NCBI GenBank assembly: GCA_963764345.1
Contig: CAVXSF010000018.1
Coordinates: forward strand, 36,670-100,669
DNA: 64,000 nucleotides
From: an uncultured Bacteroidales bacterium
Lineage (GTDB): Bacteria; Bacteroidota; Bacteroidia; Bacteroidales; GCA-2748055
Direction of reading: 5' to 3'
Numbering within the stretch: the stretch's first letter is position 1; each line of letters starts with the position of its first letter. This document shows positions 10,188 through 25,039 of this stretch, piece after piece. The notes under the pieces were generated by a model. It was given only the letters and a program-made list of their open reading frames with translations, was not told where the DNA came from and ran no database searches. Both the position numbers and the translations under genes were made by a program.

Positions 10188-11891
10188 ATGTACGATATTC
10201 TTGAGTTAAACAAGAAGCTGCTACCTGAGTTGCGTGAAATTGCCAAAGAGCTTAATATTAAACGCGTCGACTCATTTAAAAAGCAGGAACTGATCTATAA
10301 AATACTGGATCAGCAAGCCATAGCGGCTTCAGAAGCAAAGACATCCCGGAAGGACAATATTTCCGGGCAGAGGCCTGTAAAGAGCCAAATGGCGGCAGAA
10401 GAAAAAACGCCACAGTCCGACAGACAAAGACGTGGCCGGCCTAAAAAAAATGAAAACCGCCCCCAGCCGCAAAACCAGCCGCAAAACCGGCAGGAACCCG
10501 CTCAGCCGGAAAAACCCATCGTTGCAGAATCCTCTGTTGTTCAGAACAGGGAACAACGACAGCCTCACACCCAAAGACCCCAACCTCAGCAGGACAGAAG
10601 AAGAGAAGAAAAACCACAGCCTGCAAACGAAGTAACTTCTCCACAGGAGACTCCCGCTTCATCTGAATCACATCATCCTTTACCACGGCGTGATGACAGG
10701 GACCAGAGAAGACAAAATTATGATAACACGCACCGCCAGCAGGGAAAGCGTCAAAACGACAGGTACGATTTCGAAGGACTGATTTCCAATTCGGGCGTGC
10801 TCGAAATTATGCCCGATGGATATGGCTTCCTGCGTTCAGCCGATTATAATTACCTCAATTCACCCGATGATATCTACGTTTCACAGTCCCAGATCAAACT
10901 CTTCGGACTGAAAACCGGAGATACTGTGAAGGGGACGATCCGTCCTCCCAAAGAAGGTGAAAAATATTTTCCGCTCATTAAAGTTGAAGAGATCAACGGG
11001 CGCTCACCGGATTTCATCCGCGACAGGGTCCCGTTCGATTACCTGACCCCTTTGTTCCCGGAAGAAAAATTCACTCTCGTGGGAAATGGCCATACCGAAC
11101 TTTCCGTACGTGTCGTCGATTTGTTCTCTCCTATCGGGAAAGGACAAAGAGGACTCATCGTCGCTCAGCCTAAGACCGGTAAAACCGTTCTGCTGAAAAA
11201 TATTGCCAATGCCATCGCAGCGAATCACCCCGAAGTGTATATGATCGTTCTTCTTATCGATGAACGTCCTGAAGAAGTTACCGACATGGCAAGAAACGTC
11301 AATGCAGAGGTGATATCATCCACATTTGATGAACCGGCTGAACGGCATGTCAGGGTTGCTAATATCGTTCTTGAAAAAGCTAAACGCCTTGTCGAATGCG
11401 GCCACGACGTGGTTATCCTCCTCGATTCCATCACCAGGCTGGCCAGAGCTTTCAATACGATCGCACCGGCATCAGGAAAAGTCCTGTCAGGCGGCGTCGA
11501 TGCAAATGCCCTTCATAAACCCAAACGTTTCTTCGGCGCAGCCAGGAATATAGAATTCGGCGGCTCCCTCACCATCCTCGCTACCGCACTTACCGATACC
11601 GGATCTAAAATGGATGATGTGATTTTCGAAGAATTCAAAGGGACAGGTAATATGGAACTCCAACTCGACAGGAAACTCGCCAACAAACGCGTATGGCCGG
11701 CAGTCGATATTAATGCATCCAGTACCAGGAGGGAAGATCTGCTCCACGAAAAGGAAATGCTTAACAAAATATGGATCCTCCGGAATTACCTTTCGGATAT
11801 GACCTCCGTCGAAGCTATGGATTTTATTTCCGACAGAATGGCTAAAACGGAAAGCAATGAGGAATTCCTGATCTCTATGAATGCCGACTGA
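10188..11891 (+). CDS. rho: Transcription termination factor Rho with a long N-terminal insertion
   Basis: Rho_N ([19 protein letters not shown]), a cold-shock-like RNA-binding domain, Walker [13 protein letters not shown] and a RecA-type ATPase. About 150 aa of Q/R/P/E-rich low complexity sits between the N-terminal helix bundle and the OB fold. Confidence 0.95.
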   Translation: MYDILELNKKLLPELREIAKELNIKRVDSFKKQELIYKILDQQAIAASEAKTSRKDNISGQRPVKSQMAAEEKTPQSDRQRRGRPKKNENRPQPQNQPQNRQEPAQPEKPIVAESSVVQNREQRQPHTQRPQPQQDRRREEKPQPANEVTSPQETPASSESHHPLPRRDDRDQRRQNYDNTHRQQGKRQNDRYDFEGLISNSGVLEIMPDGYGFLRSADYNYLNSPDDIYVSQSQIKLFGLKTGDTVKGTIRPPKEGEKYFPLIKVEEINGRSPDFIRDRVPFDYLTPLFPEEKFTLVGNGHTELSVRVVDLFSPIGKGQRGLIVAQPKTGKTVLLKNIANAIAANHPEVYMIVLLIDERPEEVTDMARNVNAEVISSTFDEPAERHVRVANIVLEKAKRLVECGHDVVILLDSITRLARAFNTIAPASGKVLSGGVDANALHKPKRFFGAARNIEFGGSLTILATALTDTGSKMDDVIFEEFKGTGNMELQLDRKLANKRVWPAVDINASSTRREDLLHEKEMLNKIWILRNYLSDMTSVEAMDFISDRMAKTESNEEFLISMNAD

Positions 11892-11923
11892 TCTTCCGGC
11901 TGCATTTGAAGATATATACTATA

Positions 11924-11973
11924 AGAGGCTTTCTAAAAAGACAACAGTAACTTTTTGGAGAGCCTCTTTTTTT
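11924..11973 (+). terminator. Probable intrinsic terminator after rho
   Basis: AGAGGCT ... AGCCTCT inverted repeat followed by a T7 run. Confidence 0.45.
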
Positions 11974-12086
11974 GCATCCGTGCATGAACGGTTCTGCCGG
12001 ATACCCTGCCGTTAAAAATCAGGCAGACCTCCACCGGCTCAGCTTCACTGCTGCTTCCCATACTCCCCCCGATGTACAAAATCAGT

Positions 12087-12660
12087 TTATGCTCCTTTCC
12101 TGAAATTAAAAGCATAACCGAAGGTCATTCCTGCCCATAAATGTGCAGTCATACTCCCAAAAAAGTCCAGTCCGAAAATACTGGTATCACCCTGCAGGAG
12201 AGGGATGAGGGATGCTTCCCAGAAAAATCGTCCGGTGACTGGCTGATAACGGTAACCTATGCGGAGATGGGCAAGAATGTCCGTATTTTTGCCGGGTCCG
12301 TTCAGCTCTTTCAGTATGAGAATTGTACCCACCCCTATTTTAATGTGATGACTGTTGAAAGAAAGAATCTCATTCACGGAAAGGGGAATGGTAATGCTCA
12401 TCAGCCCATTTTCCAAAGGATACCAGGCAACCGCGGTCTGAAGTGAAGTCTTGAAGAGTTCCTGGTTCAGAAGGATGCGCTCATATCCGATGGAATACAA
12501 GGCACCTGGTCCGAGAACTTCGAGGTAAAGGCCATTCTGCCTTGCAAAACCATTACCCACATTTACAAGGCTGTCACTTTGCTGCGAATATACCAGGCAC
12601 CCGTGATTCAGAAAGAGAAGAAAGGCAATGGCAAAAGTTCGGAATCTTTAGTGAAGACAT
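12087..12660 (-). pseudogene. Hypothetical outer-membrane beta-barrel-like protein, probable frameshift in the signal peptide
   Basis: The ORF body has alternating hydrophobic strands and ends GYAFNF. The upstream frame reads RTFAIAFLLFLNHGCLVYSQQ with no start codon. An ATG at 12660 (MSSLKI) lies one frame off. Removing one base near 12641 gives a clean signal peptide. Confidence 0.45.
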
Positions 12661-12907
12661 GCTCAGTTTGTTTATGGTTGTTCAGGCCGGTCCGGACTCC
12701 TTGATTTGTCCCGTCAGATTTTGACATCCACGATGTCCCCGTTTCCTGAAAAAGGTAAAACAAACGGGAAGACAATATGACGGTAAATCCTCAGGTAAAA
12801 GTATGATAAAAGTCAGGCTTTTCAAGGGGTTTTAGCTCATTTATTTGAAATCAATATGAATAAGATGAACGGTCCTGTTTTATGGCCTAAATTATCCGTA
12901 TTTATAG

Positions 12908-12929
12908 TAATTTTGTGAGACGTTTCACA
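12908..12929 (+). promoter_or_regulatory. Candidate nifJ promoter -7 box overlapped by a CRP/FNR-type palindrome
   Basis: TAATTTTG at 12908..12915. Perfect TGTGA-N6-TCACA (TGTGAGACGTTTCACA) at 12914..12929, 45 nt upstream of the nifJ ATG. Confidence 0.45.
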
Positions 12930-12955
12930 GAAATGTGGAAATTATTAATCATTAA

Positions 12956-16539
<3,584 letters not shown>

Positions 16540-16560
16540 GTAAAACCTGATTTTATATAT

Positions 16561-16595
16561 AAAAAGGCTGCCGTCTGCTGATGGTGGCCTTTTTC
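16561..16595 (+). terminator. Probable intrinsic terminator after nifJ
   Basis: AAAAAGGC ... GCCTTTTT imperfect hairpin with a T-run, about 20 nt after the reconstructed stop codon. Confidence 0.4.
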
Positions 16596-16819
16596 TTTGA
16601 ACGGAGAATGGATACGGGACGAATAGCTGAATGTTGAACCGTAAGACTTCCTGTTGCCGGGTTAAACCTAAATTTCCTTTGAATCGTAATGGAAATGATT
16701 TACTCCCACGACATACCTGGGAATCAGGGCGCAAAGCTCTTGATCCATGGATCCCCGAATAACATCACTCACTCATTCGCTTGATTTTTTTCTTACATTT
16801 GATCTAAATACTCAACAAC

Positions 16820-17242
16820 ATGGGCAGGATATTAGCCATCGATTACGGAAGAAAAAGGGTAGGAGTGGCCGTTACCGACCCGCTTCAGATGATCGCCTCA
16901 GGATTGACCACTGTCCCGGCACATGAGATACTGAACTTCCTTAGCGATTATTTTTTAAAAGAGCCGGTGGAATGCGTGGTTTTGGGCTATCCCCTGAAAA
17001 TGAATAATGAAGAATCGGAGTCCATGAAATATGTGAAACAATTTGCCACGGCATTCAAGCGTAAATTCCCCCTGATACCACTCGAATACGAAGATGAACG
17101 ATACACCTCCAAAATGGCAGTCAGGGCTATGATTGAAGGGGGGATGAAGAAAAAGGACCGAAGAAAAAAAGAGAACATAGATAAGATCAGTGCAGCCATC
17201 ATTCTACAGTCATACCTCGAAGGCCGTGAAAGCCGTAAATAG
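16820..17242 (+). CDS. ruvX: Holliday junction resolvase-like protein RuvX (YqgF)
   Basis: MGRILAIDYGRKRVGVAVTD..., 140 aa, YqgF family. Confidence 0.9.
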   Translation: MGRILAIDYGRKRVGVAVTDPLQMIASGLTTVPAHEILNFLSDYFLKEPVECVVLGYPLKMNNEESESMKYVKQFATAFKRKFPLIPLEYEDERYTSKMAVRAMIEGGMKKKDRRKKENIDKISAAIILQSYLEGRESRK

Positions 17243-17325
17243 CATGATTTTTCCATCAGACATAGAGAACATTCTGAATTGTTGAATGTTACTTTTGCAC
17301 AAAAACAAGTTAAGCAGAGTTGTTT

Positions 17326-17895
17326 ATGATATATCCGATATATGTTTACGGAACGTCCGTCTTAAGGAAGAGAGCAAAAGAAATACCCCGGGATTATAGT
17401 GATCTCGGTGAATTCATCGATAATATGTTCGAGACCATGAAGGTTTCTGAAGGAATCGGATTGGCGGCACCACAGGTGGGCAGGTCCATTCGCCTTTTTG
17501 TTGTCGATGCCACAGATGTGGATGCCACAGATGTAGAGGATGAAGAAGAAGATCTGACTGATTTTAAAATTGCTTTTGTCAATCCGGTTATCATTGAGGA
17601 ATCAGGGGAAAAATGGGCGTTCAGGGAAGGTTGTCTGAGTATTCCCAGCATCCGTGAAGAGGTTGAAAGGGAGGAGCGGGTCAGAATCAGCTATTATGAC
17701 CGTGACTGGAATTTCCATGACGAGGTGTTTACGGGCATTAAAGCCCGCGTTATTCAACATGAGTACGATCACCTGGAAGGCATTCTCTTTGTTGACAAGA
17801 TCAATCCGCTGCGACGGAGACTTATCAATGGCAAACTGAAGGCCATCGCCAAAGGAAAAATAGATACGGATTATAAAATTATCGTTTCCAAATAA
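17326..17895 (+). CDS. def: Peptide deformylase
   Basis: Motifs GIGLAAPQVG, EGCLSIP and QHEYDHLEG. The start is taken at the ATG at 17326; the ORF track starts at a TTG at 17320. Confidence 0.93.
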   Translation: MIYPIYVYGTSVLRKRAKEIPRDYSDLGEFIDNMFETMKVSEGIGLAAPQVGRSIRLFVVDATDVDATDVEDEEEDLTDFKIAFVNPVIIEESGEKWAFREGCLSIPSIREEVEREERVRISYYDRDWNFHDEVFTGIKARVIQHEYDHLEGILFVDKINPLRRRLINGKLKAIAKGKIDTDYKIIVSK

Positions 17896-17996
17896 AAGAG
17901 TCCGCAGACCTGAGCTTTGCTTTTTGACTCATATCTGCAGACTCCTCCATCCAAAATGCCGGCAGTATCCGGCGTTAAGCCGCCTGCCGTCTGACC

Positions 17997-19010
17997 CTAC
18001 CTCAGGGTGTGTATTTTCATCAGTTCACCCGATTTCAATAAAAGCTCTATATACTGACCTCTTTTGTATACGAAAGGATCTTTCATGTTCTTTTCGGAAA
18101 GTTTGCCCCTGAAATCCTTGAGCGAATTATAACCTTTGGTTTTCATCCAGCTCTCAAGATCATCCAGCATTTTCGTGATGTGTACGATCTTGTTCTTATA
18201 CAGGGTGCTGACGACCTGTACGACATCAGAACCGGCCATGATCATCTTTACGATGTCCTTCCCTTCATAAATTCCGGTACTGCTGCAGATGCTCGCTTTG
18301 ATCCTTCCATGAAGCAATCCGGCAAACCGCAACGGCAATCGGTATTCATGTTCGGCACTGAGGTTGAAAGGGGAAGTATGTTTCTCGTTTGTAAGATCAA
18401 TGTCGGGCTGAAACATTCTATTGAACAGGATGAAGCCGTCTACACCGGTCTTATCCATATCGGAAATCACTTTCAGGGCATTGGTGTAGAAAGGACTTAG
18501 CTTGACACTAACCGGAATGGACAGACTTCTTTTTATTTCTTTCAGGATGTCGATTTGCTCTTTCACAATGGCCTCGCTCTGCTTCTCAAAATCACGGGGT
18601 ACAGCATAAAAATTCAATTCGATGGCGTCAACGCCTGTATCCTCAATTAATTTGGCATATTCCAGCCAAGTGTCTTTGTTGACAGCATTCAGGCTCGCTA
18701 TCAGCGGGATCTTAACCGATTCCTTTGCCCGTCGCAGGTTATGAAGAAATTCCTTAGGTCCGGCATGATCAACCGATGGAAAAAGGTCGATCATTTCAGC
18801 ATTGCGTTCATTATATTCATTCATTTCTTCATCCAGCTTGTACCTCTCCAGCTGGATTTGTTCCTCGAAAAGGGACTTATAGACGATGGCTGCGGCCCCC
18901 GCATCTTCGGCAGCCTTAATGTTCCCGAGGTCTGAAACCAGGTCACTGGCACCTACAATAACCGGATTTTTAAGTTCCAAACCCAGGTAATTCGTTTTTA
19001 GATTTACCAT
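17997..19010 (-). CDS. Dihydroorotate dehydrogenase-like (class 1 DHOD/DHPD family) protein
   Basis: 337 aa. TIM-barrel flavoenzyme pattern LGLELKNPVIVGAS...VDAIELNF...VKLSP...FNR. Confidence 0.7.
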   Translation of the reverse strand: MVNLKTNYLGLELKNPVIVGASDLVSDLGNIKAAEDAGAAAIVYKSLFEEQIQLERYKLDEEMNEYNERNAEMIDLFPSVDHAGPKEFLHNLRRAKESVKIPLIASLNAVNKDTWLEYAKLIEDTGVDAIELNFYAVPRDFEKQSEAIVKEQIDILKEIKRSLSIPVSVKLSPFYTNALKVISDMDKTGVDGFILFNRMFQPDIDLTNEKHTSPFNLSAEHEYRLPLRFAGLLHGRIKASICSSTGIYEGKDIVKMIMAGSDVVQVVSTLYKNKIVHITKMLDDLESWMKTKGYNSLKDFRGKLSEKNMKDPFVYKRGQYIELLLKSGELMKIHTLR

Positions 19011-19192
19011 AGCAGTGAGAATTTTGGGATTTTATAACGTTGAGACCCTCGGCCTCAACTCATGATAATTTGATCAGGAATTTATACCTAAAAAACACCT
19101 GTCATCTGCGATTGTTCGCAGTGAACTATATTCTGAAAAATTTCCGCGACTGACAGGCTGATTTTTTCCTGTTTTTTACATTAAGATATGTA

Positions 19193-21320
19193 ATGGCCAT
19201 AAATTTTTCGGAACGGATAAGGGCGGTACCTGTTTCACGTGTGCTTTTAAGTACCATTGCCGGGATGCTGGCGGGTAAACACGCGCTGTGTAACAAGGGT
19301 GTCATAGAAGTTTCTTTGTTGTTACTCCTGGTTTTATTAGGTCTGACCATACATTTCAGATGGTTCTTCCATTTACATTTCGCCTGGATACGGGGGATAA
19401 TGATCGGACTGATTTTCTTTATGCTTGGCTGGTACCGGTTTTCATTTTCATCTGTCACCGTGGTTTCACAACCCGCCTCGGTACAGGTCGGCAGAGTTTG
19501 TTCCCTGCCCGTTACAAAAAGCCGGTCCGTTCTTATAAAACTCAGGATCAGTCCTGGGGTATTAAGGAACCAGCACGTTCATGGTCCGGTATATGTAAAT
19601 GCCAGTTTCCCTCAAAACGATACACTTTTAAATGCCCGGCCCGGTGATCTTATCCTCTTTTATGCCGCGCCTGTCGTCCCGGTGAATCCCGGGAATCCGG
19701 AAGCGTTTGATTATTCAGCTTACCTCAGATACAGAAATGTGTATTATCAGGTTTTTGTGCCACAGGGAAGATGGCATCTTATCGTTACAGACAAAAAGGA
19801 CATCAGGGATATTCCCCTGCTCATAAAGAGAAAATTGCTGCAACGCATTGTGGATACACCCGGAGATGAGGATGCCAAAGGTGTTCTCGCAGCAGTTACT
19901 CTCGGAACAAGGGATTACCTCGATCCGGAATTGAAGAGTGCTTATGCAAATGCAGGAGGGATACATGTGATGGCGGTTTCCGGTCTGCATGTCGGCATGA
20001 TCTGGATGTTCCTCGGCTGGTTAACCTTTTTCCTCGGCCGGGGCAGATCTTCAGCGGTTCTTCGCTTTCTCATCGTCACGGGCATATTGTGGTTTTATGC
20101 GATGATGACCGGTCTTTCCGCCTCCGTTACAAGGTCGTGCCTTATGTTCAGCCTGGTAAGCCTCGGCAGGCTGATAAACAGGAATTCCGATACCTTCAAC
20201 ACCGTTATGGTGGCAGCGTTCCTGCAACTCTGGTTTAAACCGGTCTTACTTTTCGATGCAGGTTTCGAGTTTTCATACCTGGCGGTCTTTGGCATTATAC
20301 TCTTTCATGAAAAAATAACCTCGCTGGTCCCTGTCCATGGATTCCTCCTGGTGAAGATCCGTGACCTGGCCGGCATCAGCCTTTCAGCCCAGTTACTGAC
20401 ATTTCCGCTGGGGATTTACTATTTTCATCAGTTCCCCGTGTGGTTTTTGCTGACTAATTTTTTCATCATTCCTGTAGTTACAGTACTGGTACTTTTATAC
20501 CTGCTGTCAGTCCTCTTTTTTTCTGCCACCGGCTTCATTCATCATTACGCATGCCTGTATCTGGCTTTCCGGGATCATGAACCGGGGTGTCGGAATCATC
20601 GACCATTTTCCCGTATCCGTGATCAACGGTCTCAGTCTGAATGGACTGCAGGTATGCCTCTTACTACTACTGCCGCTGTTGATCCTCGCCTTTATCCGTT
20701 ACAGGCAGCCATCCTTGCTCCTTACCAGCCTGTTCCTGTTTCTGGTATTTATGTTTACAGGGATCCTCAGACGCTCTTTTTCTGCAGAACATAACACCTT
20801 GATGGTCTATAATACCCGGGGGTTGCCTGCTGTCAGCATCATTTCTGTCGGGAATCATACCATCTATACCAACGCTTCGGATACCCGCTACAACAGGTCA
20901 ATTGAATATGCAGGGAAAACCTACTGGATGAACCATTATATTCATGAGCCGCTGTATTTTAATCTGTTCTCTGTTCCGGATACTTTGCAGCAGGTCTTTT
21001 CCCTTCCCGGCACGGGAAATCTGATATTGTCTGAACCTTGCTTCACCGTGGCATTCATTTCCGACAGAAAACTATTTTCACATTGGAAAACAGTACATCC
21101 CTGCCCTGTAAAATTCATCATCCTTACCGGCTCGGACCTTCCGCCGCCTAAAGCTCTCAGCACTTTTTTCAGGGCGGATATCATCATTATCAGCTCTTCT
21201 ATGCCCGCCTGGGAAGTTTATACGGAAGAAGAACTGGCTCAATTGCCGCCCGTGTACGATGTCCGCAATTCGGGATGCTTTCTTTTCCGGGCAGAAACGT
21301 GCAGGATTTTAAAAAAATGA
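19193..21320 (+). pseudogene. ComEC/Rec2 family DNA internalisation channel protein, frameshift at a T7 run
   Basis: Polytopic membrane protein with the competence-domain motif GGIHVMAVSGLHVGMI. Sensible sequence switches from the 19193 frame to the 20577 frame at the T7 homopolymer 20516..20522 (..LLSVLFF / LPPASFIITHACIWLSGIMNRG..). Confidence 0.8.
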
Positions 21321-21509
21321 AAAAGCGTTGGGCTATTAATGAGATTATATGTTATTTTGCCGTTTGATTTCCGAAGCGGTCCCGGGTGATGATAAAGCTC
21401 ATGTTCTTAAGAACTAATAATTTATACGAATGTTTCCTTAAGTACGTGATGAAGGGGATGATCCAGTTTCTTCCCTGGAGCCGGGGGCTAATTGTTAACT
21501 ATATAGATT

Positions 21510-22850
21510 ATGAAAATTATTCTGGCCGGTGCTGGTGCAGTTGGAGCGCATCTGGCGAAAATGCTGAGTAATGAGAACCATGAAATCACCGTTCTCGATA
21601 CAGATCCTGAACGGCTGAAACTCGTAGGATCTACACTTGACGTACTGACACTCGAGGGAAGTGCAACATCAATTGGTCTTTTAAAAGAAGCTAAGATCAA
21701 AAAAGCAGACCTTTTTGTGGCTGTAACCCAGACTGAAGCAACAAATATTGCTGCTGCGGTGATCGGTAAACAACTGGGAGCCAAGAAAACCATTGCCCGC
21801 ATCGACAACCAGGAATATCTCTATCCCGATAATAAAGAGATGTTTATTGGCCTGGGGATTGACTACCTTATCTACCCTGAGAAAATTGCCGCAAAGGAAA
21901 TTGTCGGCCTCCTGTCCCAGACCAGTACCTCGGATGTGGTTGATTTTTCAGGAGGAAAACTCCATTTGTATGCGTTCAAACTCGATGGGAATGCTCCGAT
22001 CATTAACAAAAGCCTGATAGAAGTATCCAGCCCAGGTGAATTTCTCGAATACCGGGCTGTAGCGATAACCAGGAACTCGGAGACCATTATTCCGCACGGG
22101 CAGGACCGTTTCCAGATCGGAGACCTGGTTTACGTTATTTCCAATAAGGGCGGGGTAAAAAACCTGCTCCGGTATACCGGGAAAGAAAATTACGAAGTCC
22201 GTAACATAATGATCATGGGAGGAAGCCGCATAGGGGTGAGAGCAGCGAGAGACCTGGGAGACCAGCATTATGTCAAACTGATAGAATCTGACAGGGAAAA
22301 GAGTTATAAGATTTCCAATGCCCTCGACAATGCCCTGGTGATAAACGGTGATGGCAGTAATGTTGAACTCCTTGCCCAGGAGGGTCTGGCCAAAATGGAT
22401 GCTTTTGTGGCGGTCACGGGAAATTCAGAGACCAATATTCTCTCATGCCTGCTGGCTAAACGTATGGGGGTGAAGAAAACCATCGCCGAAGTGGAGAATA
22501 TCGATTATATCCCACTGGCTGAAAATATCGGTATCGATACGATCATTAATAAAAAGCTGATAACGGCAAGCCGGATATTCCGCTTTACGATGAGCACGGA
22601 AGTATCCACCATCAAGTGCCTTACCGGAACAGATGCAGAGGTCATGGAGTTCATTGCCAAACCCGATTCCCCGGTCACCCTTAAAAAGCTGCGGGATATC
22701 GAGTTCCCGGAAGGTGCCATCATTGGAGGTGTGATAAGAAGTGATGGCGGAGTTATAGCGAATGGCAATACTGAAATTAAACCAGGTGATCACGTTGTCG
22801 TCTTCACCCTGCCATCTGCGGTAAGCCTCGTCGGGAAATATTTCAGCTAA
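21510..22850 (+). CDS. trkA: Trk system potassium uptake protein TrkA
   Basis: Two RCK/NAD-binding repeats (MKIILAGAGAVGAHLA..., IMIMGGSRIGVRAA...), 446 aa. Confidence 0.92.
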   Translation: MKIILAGAGAVGAHLAKMLSNENHEITVLDTDPERLKLVGSTLDVLTLEGSATSIGLLKEAKIKKADLFVAVTQTEATNIAAAVIGKQLGAKKTIARIDNQEYLYPDNKEMFIGLGIDYLIYPEKIAAKEIVGLLSQTSTSDVVDFSGGKLHLYAFKLDGNAPIINKSLIEVSSPGEFLEYRAVAITRNSETIIPHGQDRFQIGDLVYVISNKGGVKNLLRYTGKENYEVRNIMIMGGSRIGVRAARDLGDQHYVKLIESDREKSYKISNALDNALVINGDGSNVELLAQEGLAKMDAFVAVTGNSETNILSCLLAKRMGVKKTIAEVENIDYIPLAENIGIDTIINKKLITASRIFRFTMSTEVSTIKCLTGTDAEVMEFIAKPDSPVTLKKLRDIEFPEGAIIGGVIRSDGGVIANGNTEIKPGDHVVVFTLPSAVSLVGKYFS

Positions 22851-22859
22851 ACCTTTCTC

Positions 22860-24307
22860 ATGATCAATTCCCGAATTATATTCAATATCCTGGGTTTCCT
22901 TCTGATGGTTGAAGGTCTGTTCATGATGCTGTCCATACCTGTCGCCTTTATTTACCAGGAGAATAATGCCACAGATTTTCTGGTTGCCGGCCTTATCACC
23001 TTTATGGCCGGTGGTGCATCCTGGGGTCTGACCCGCGATGCCCTGAAAAGTATTTCCAAACGGGAAGGATATATCATTGTTACGCTGGGCTGGATACTGT
23101 TTTCCGTTTTCGGTTCACTTCCTTTTCTCTTCACCGGAACAACCCATTCCTTTACCGATGCTTTCTTTGAGACCATGTCGGGTTTCACGACCACGGGAGC
23201 TTCGATACTTACTGATGTCGAATCCCTTTCTCATGGGATCCTTTTCTGGCGCAGTATTACCCAGTGGCTTGGCGGCATGGGCATTATTATCCTCTCCCTG
23301 GCCGTCCTTCCCTTACTTGGAATCGGGGGGATGCAGCTATTTGTTGCTGAAGTGCCCGGATCAGCACCTGACAAGTTTCATCCCCGTATCCGTGGGATGG
23401 CAAACCGCATTTGGTTTATCTACATTTTCTTCACACTTCTCGAGACCTTGCTCCTGGTTATTGGGAAGATGAGCTTCTTCGACGCACTCAATCATTCCTT
23501 TACCACCATCTCAACTGGTGGTTTCTCCACAAGGCAGGCCGGTATCGCTTACTGGAATTCACCGTATATTCAATATGTGATCACCCTGTTCATGCTGGTA
23601 GCCGGAACGAATTTCACACTTTCCTATTTTGCCATGCATCTCAGGTTCAGTAGGGTTTTTAAAAATGAAGAGTTCCGTGCCTACCTGGGCTTTATAATCC
23701 TGTTTACCCTGGCTATAGGGCTGGTCATGTGGCTGTCCATGGGCGTCAATGCTGAAAAGGCGTTCCGTGAATCGCTGTTCCAGGTAGTTTCAATCATGAC
23801 CACAACCGGTTTTGTGATATCAGACTATCAGCACTGGATGCCCGTACTGGGTATTCTTATCTTTCTGCTGATGTTTTTCGGGGCATCAGCCGGGTCAACA
23901 GGCGGAGGGATAAAGATCATGAGGGTGGTTCTACTTTTAAAAACAGCGGTCTTGAGCTGAAGCGGCTGGTTCACCCGAATGCGGTAATACCAGTCCGGTT
24001 TAACCGGCAGGCAGTGGAACCTCATATCATTACCAACGTCCTGGCCTTTGTCTCTTTCTATATCCTTGTCATCGTCGCAAGTACCGTCGTTATATCGTCT
24101 ATGGGTTACGACCTTAACACGTCGGCCGGGGCCGTGACGGCATCCTTAGGTAATATCGGACCAGGGATCGGTGAGGTAGGCCCCTTCGAGAATTACAGCC
24201 ATATCCCCGAATTAGGAAAGTGGTTCCTGTCTTTCCTTATGCTGATCGGCCGCCTGGAACTGTTTACCGTGATCGTGCTGTTCTCTCCGGAATTCTGGAG
24301 GCGCTGA
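22860..24307 (+). pseudogene. trkH: TrkH family potassium transporter, frameshift at a T4A5 run
   Basis: The 22860..23960 segment has TTTGF/GGF selectivity-type motifs. The continuation NSGLELKRLVHPNAVIPVRFNRQAVEPHII...LGNIGPG... runs in another frame from about 23939 to 24307. Confidence 0.85.
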
Positions 24308-24337
24308 TCCTGCAAAGGGACCGCGTGAGCCATTGCC

Positions 24338-24949
24338 TCAATCGAGGATCCCGGCTCCCATACGGATGATCTCCGGCTGTTCCCCGGTGCAGTCAATAAT
24401 CGTTGAGGGGATATTACCACCGAAGCCACCGTCGATCACCAGATCTACCTTATCCCTGAAATTTTCATATATCAGTTCCGGATCTGTGGTGTAATCGATG
24501 ATCTTGTCATCATCGTGTATGGACGTGGTCAGAATGGGATGACCCAGCTCCCTGACGATTTCCAGAATAATACGGTTATCCGGGATCCGGATACCAACGG
24601 TTTTCTTGGTGTTCTTAAGAATCTTTGGAACATTGTTACTGGCATGCAGGATAAAGGTGAATGGCCCGGGCAGCTTGGATTTCATCAGTTTGAAGATATC
24701 ATTATTCACAAAACGGCTGTATCCGGAAAGGTGGCTCAGATCAGAAACGATAAAAGAAAACTGGGCTTTCTCCGGTTTGATATTCTTCAGCCGCGCAATG
24801 CGTTCAATGGTCCTCGCGTGGTAAATATCGCATCCCATCCCGTAAACGGTGTCGGTAGGATAAATGATGATACCTCCCTCCCTCAGGATATCACATACCT
24901 GCCGGACATGCTTCTCATTGGGGTTTTCTTCATACATTTTTAAATACAT
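24338..24949 (-). CDS. YrdC/Sua5-domain protein (L-threonylcarbamoyladenylate synthase family, YciO-like)
   Basis: [44 protein letters not shown], about 200 aa. Confidence 0.8.
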   Translation of the reverse strand: MYLKMYEENPNEKHVRQVCDILREGGIIIYPTDTVYGMGCDIYHARTIERIARLKNIKPEKAQFSFIVSDLSHLSGYSRFVNNDIFKLMKSKLPGPFTFILHASNNVPKILKNTKKTVGIRIPDNRIILEIVRELGHPILTTSIHDDDKIIDYTTDPELIYENFRDKVDLVIDGGFGGNIPSTIIDCTGEQPEIIRMGAGILD

Positions 24950-25039
24950 AGCCCTTTCGCGTTATTTCCATGTATAAATAACATTTGTATATCATTTTGG
25001 TTTTTCCGGTAACGAATATACCTGTGGCAACCCGGTGAT

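Noticed and set aside
20577-21320. A separate 247-aa gene downstream of comEC
   Set aside because: Its N-terminal sequence continues the ComEC membrane domain once the frame is corrected at the T7 run. I interpret it as the C-terminal part of one gene.
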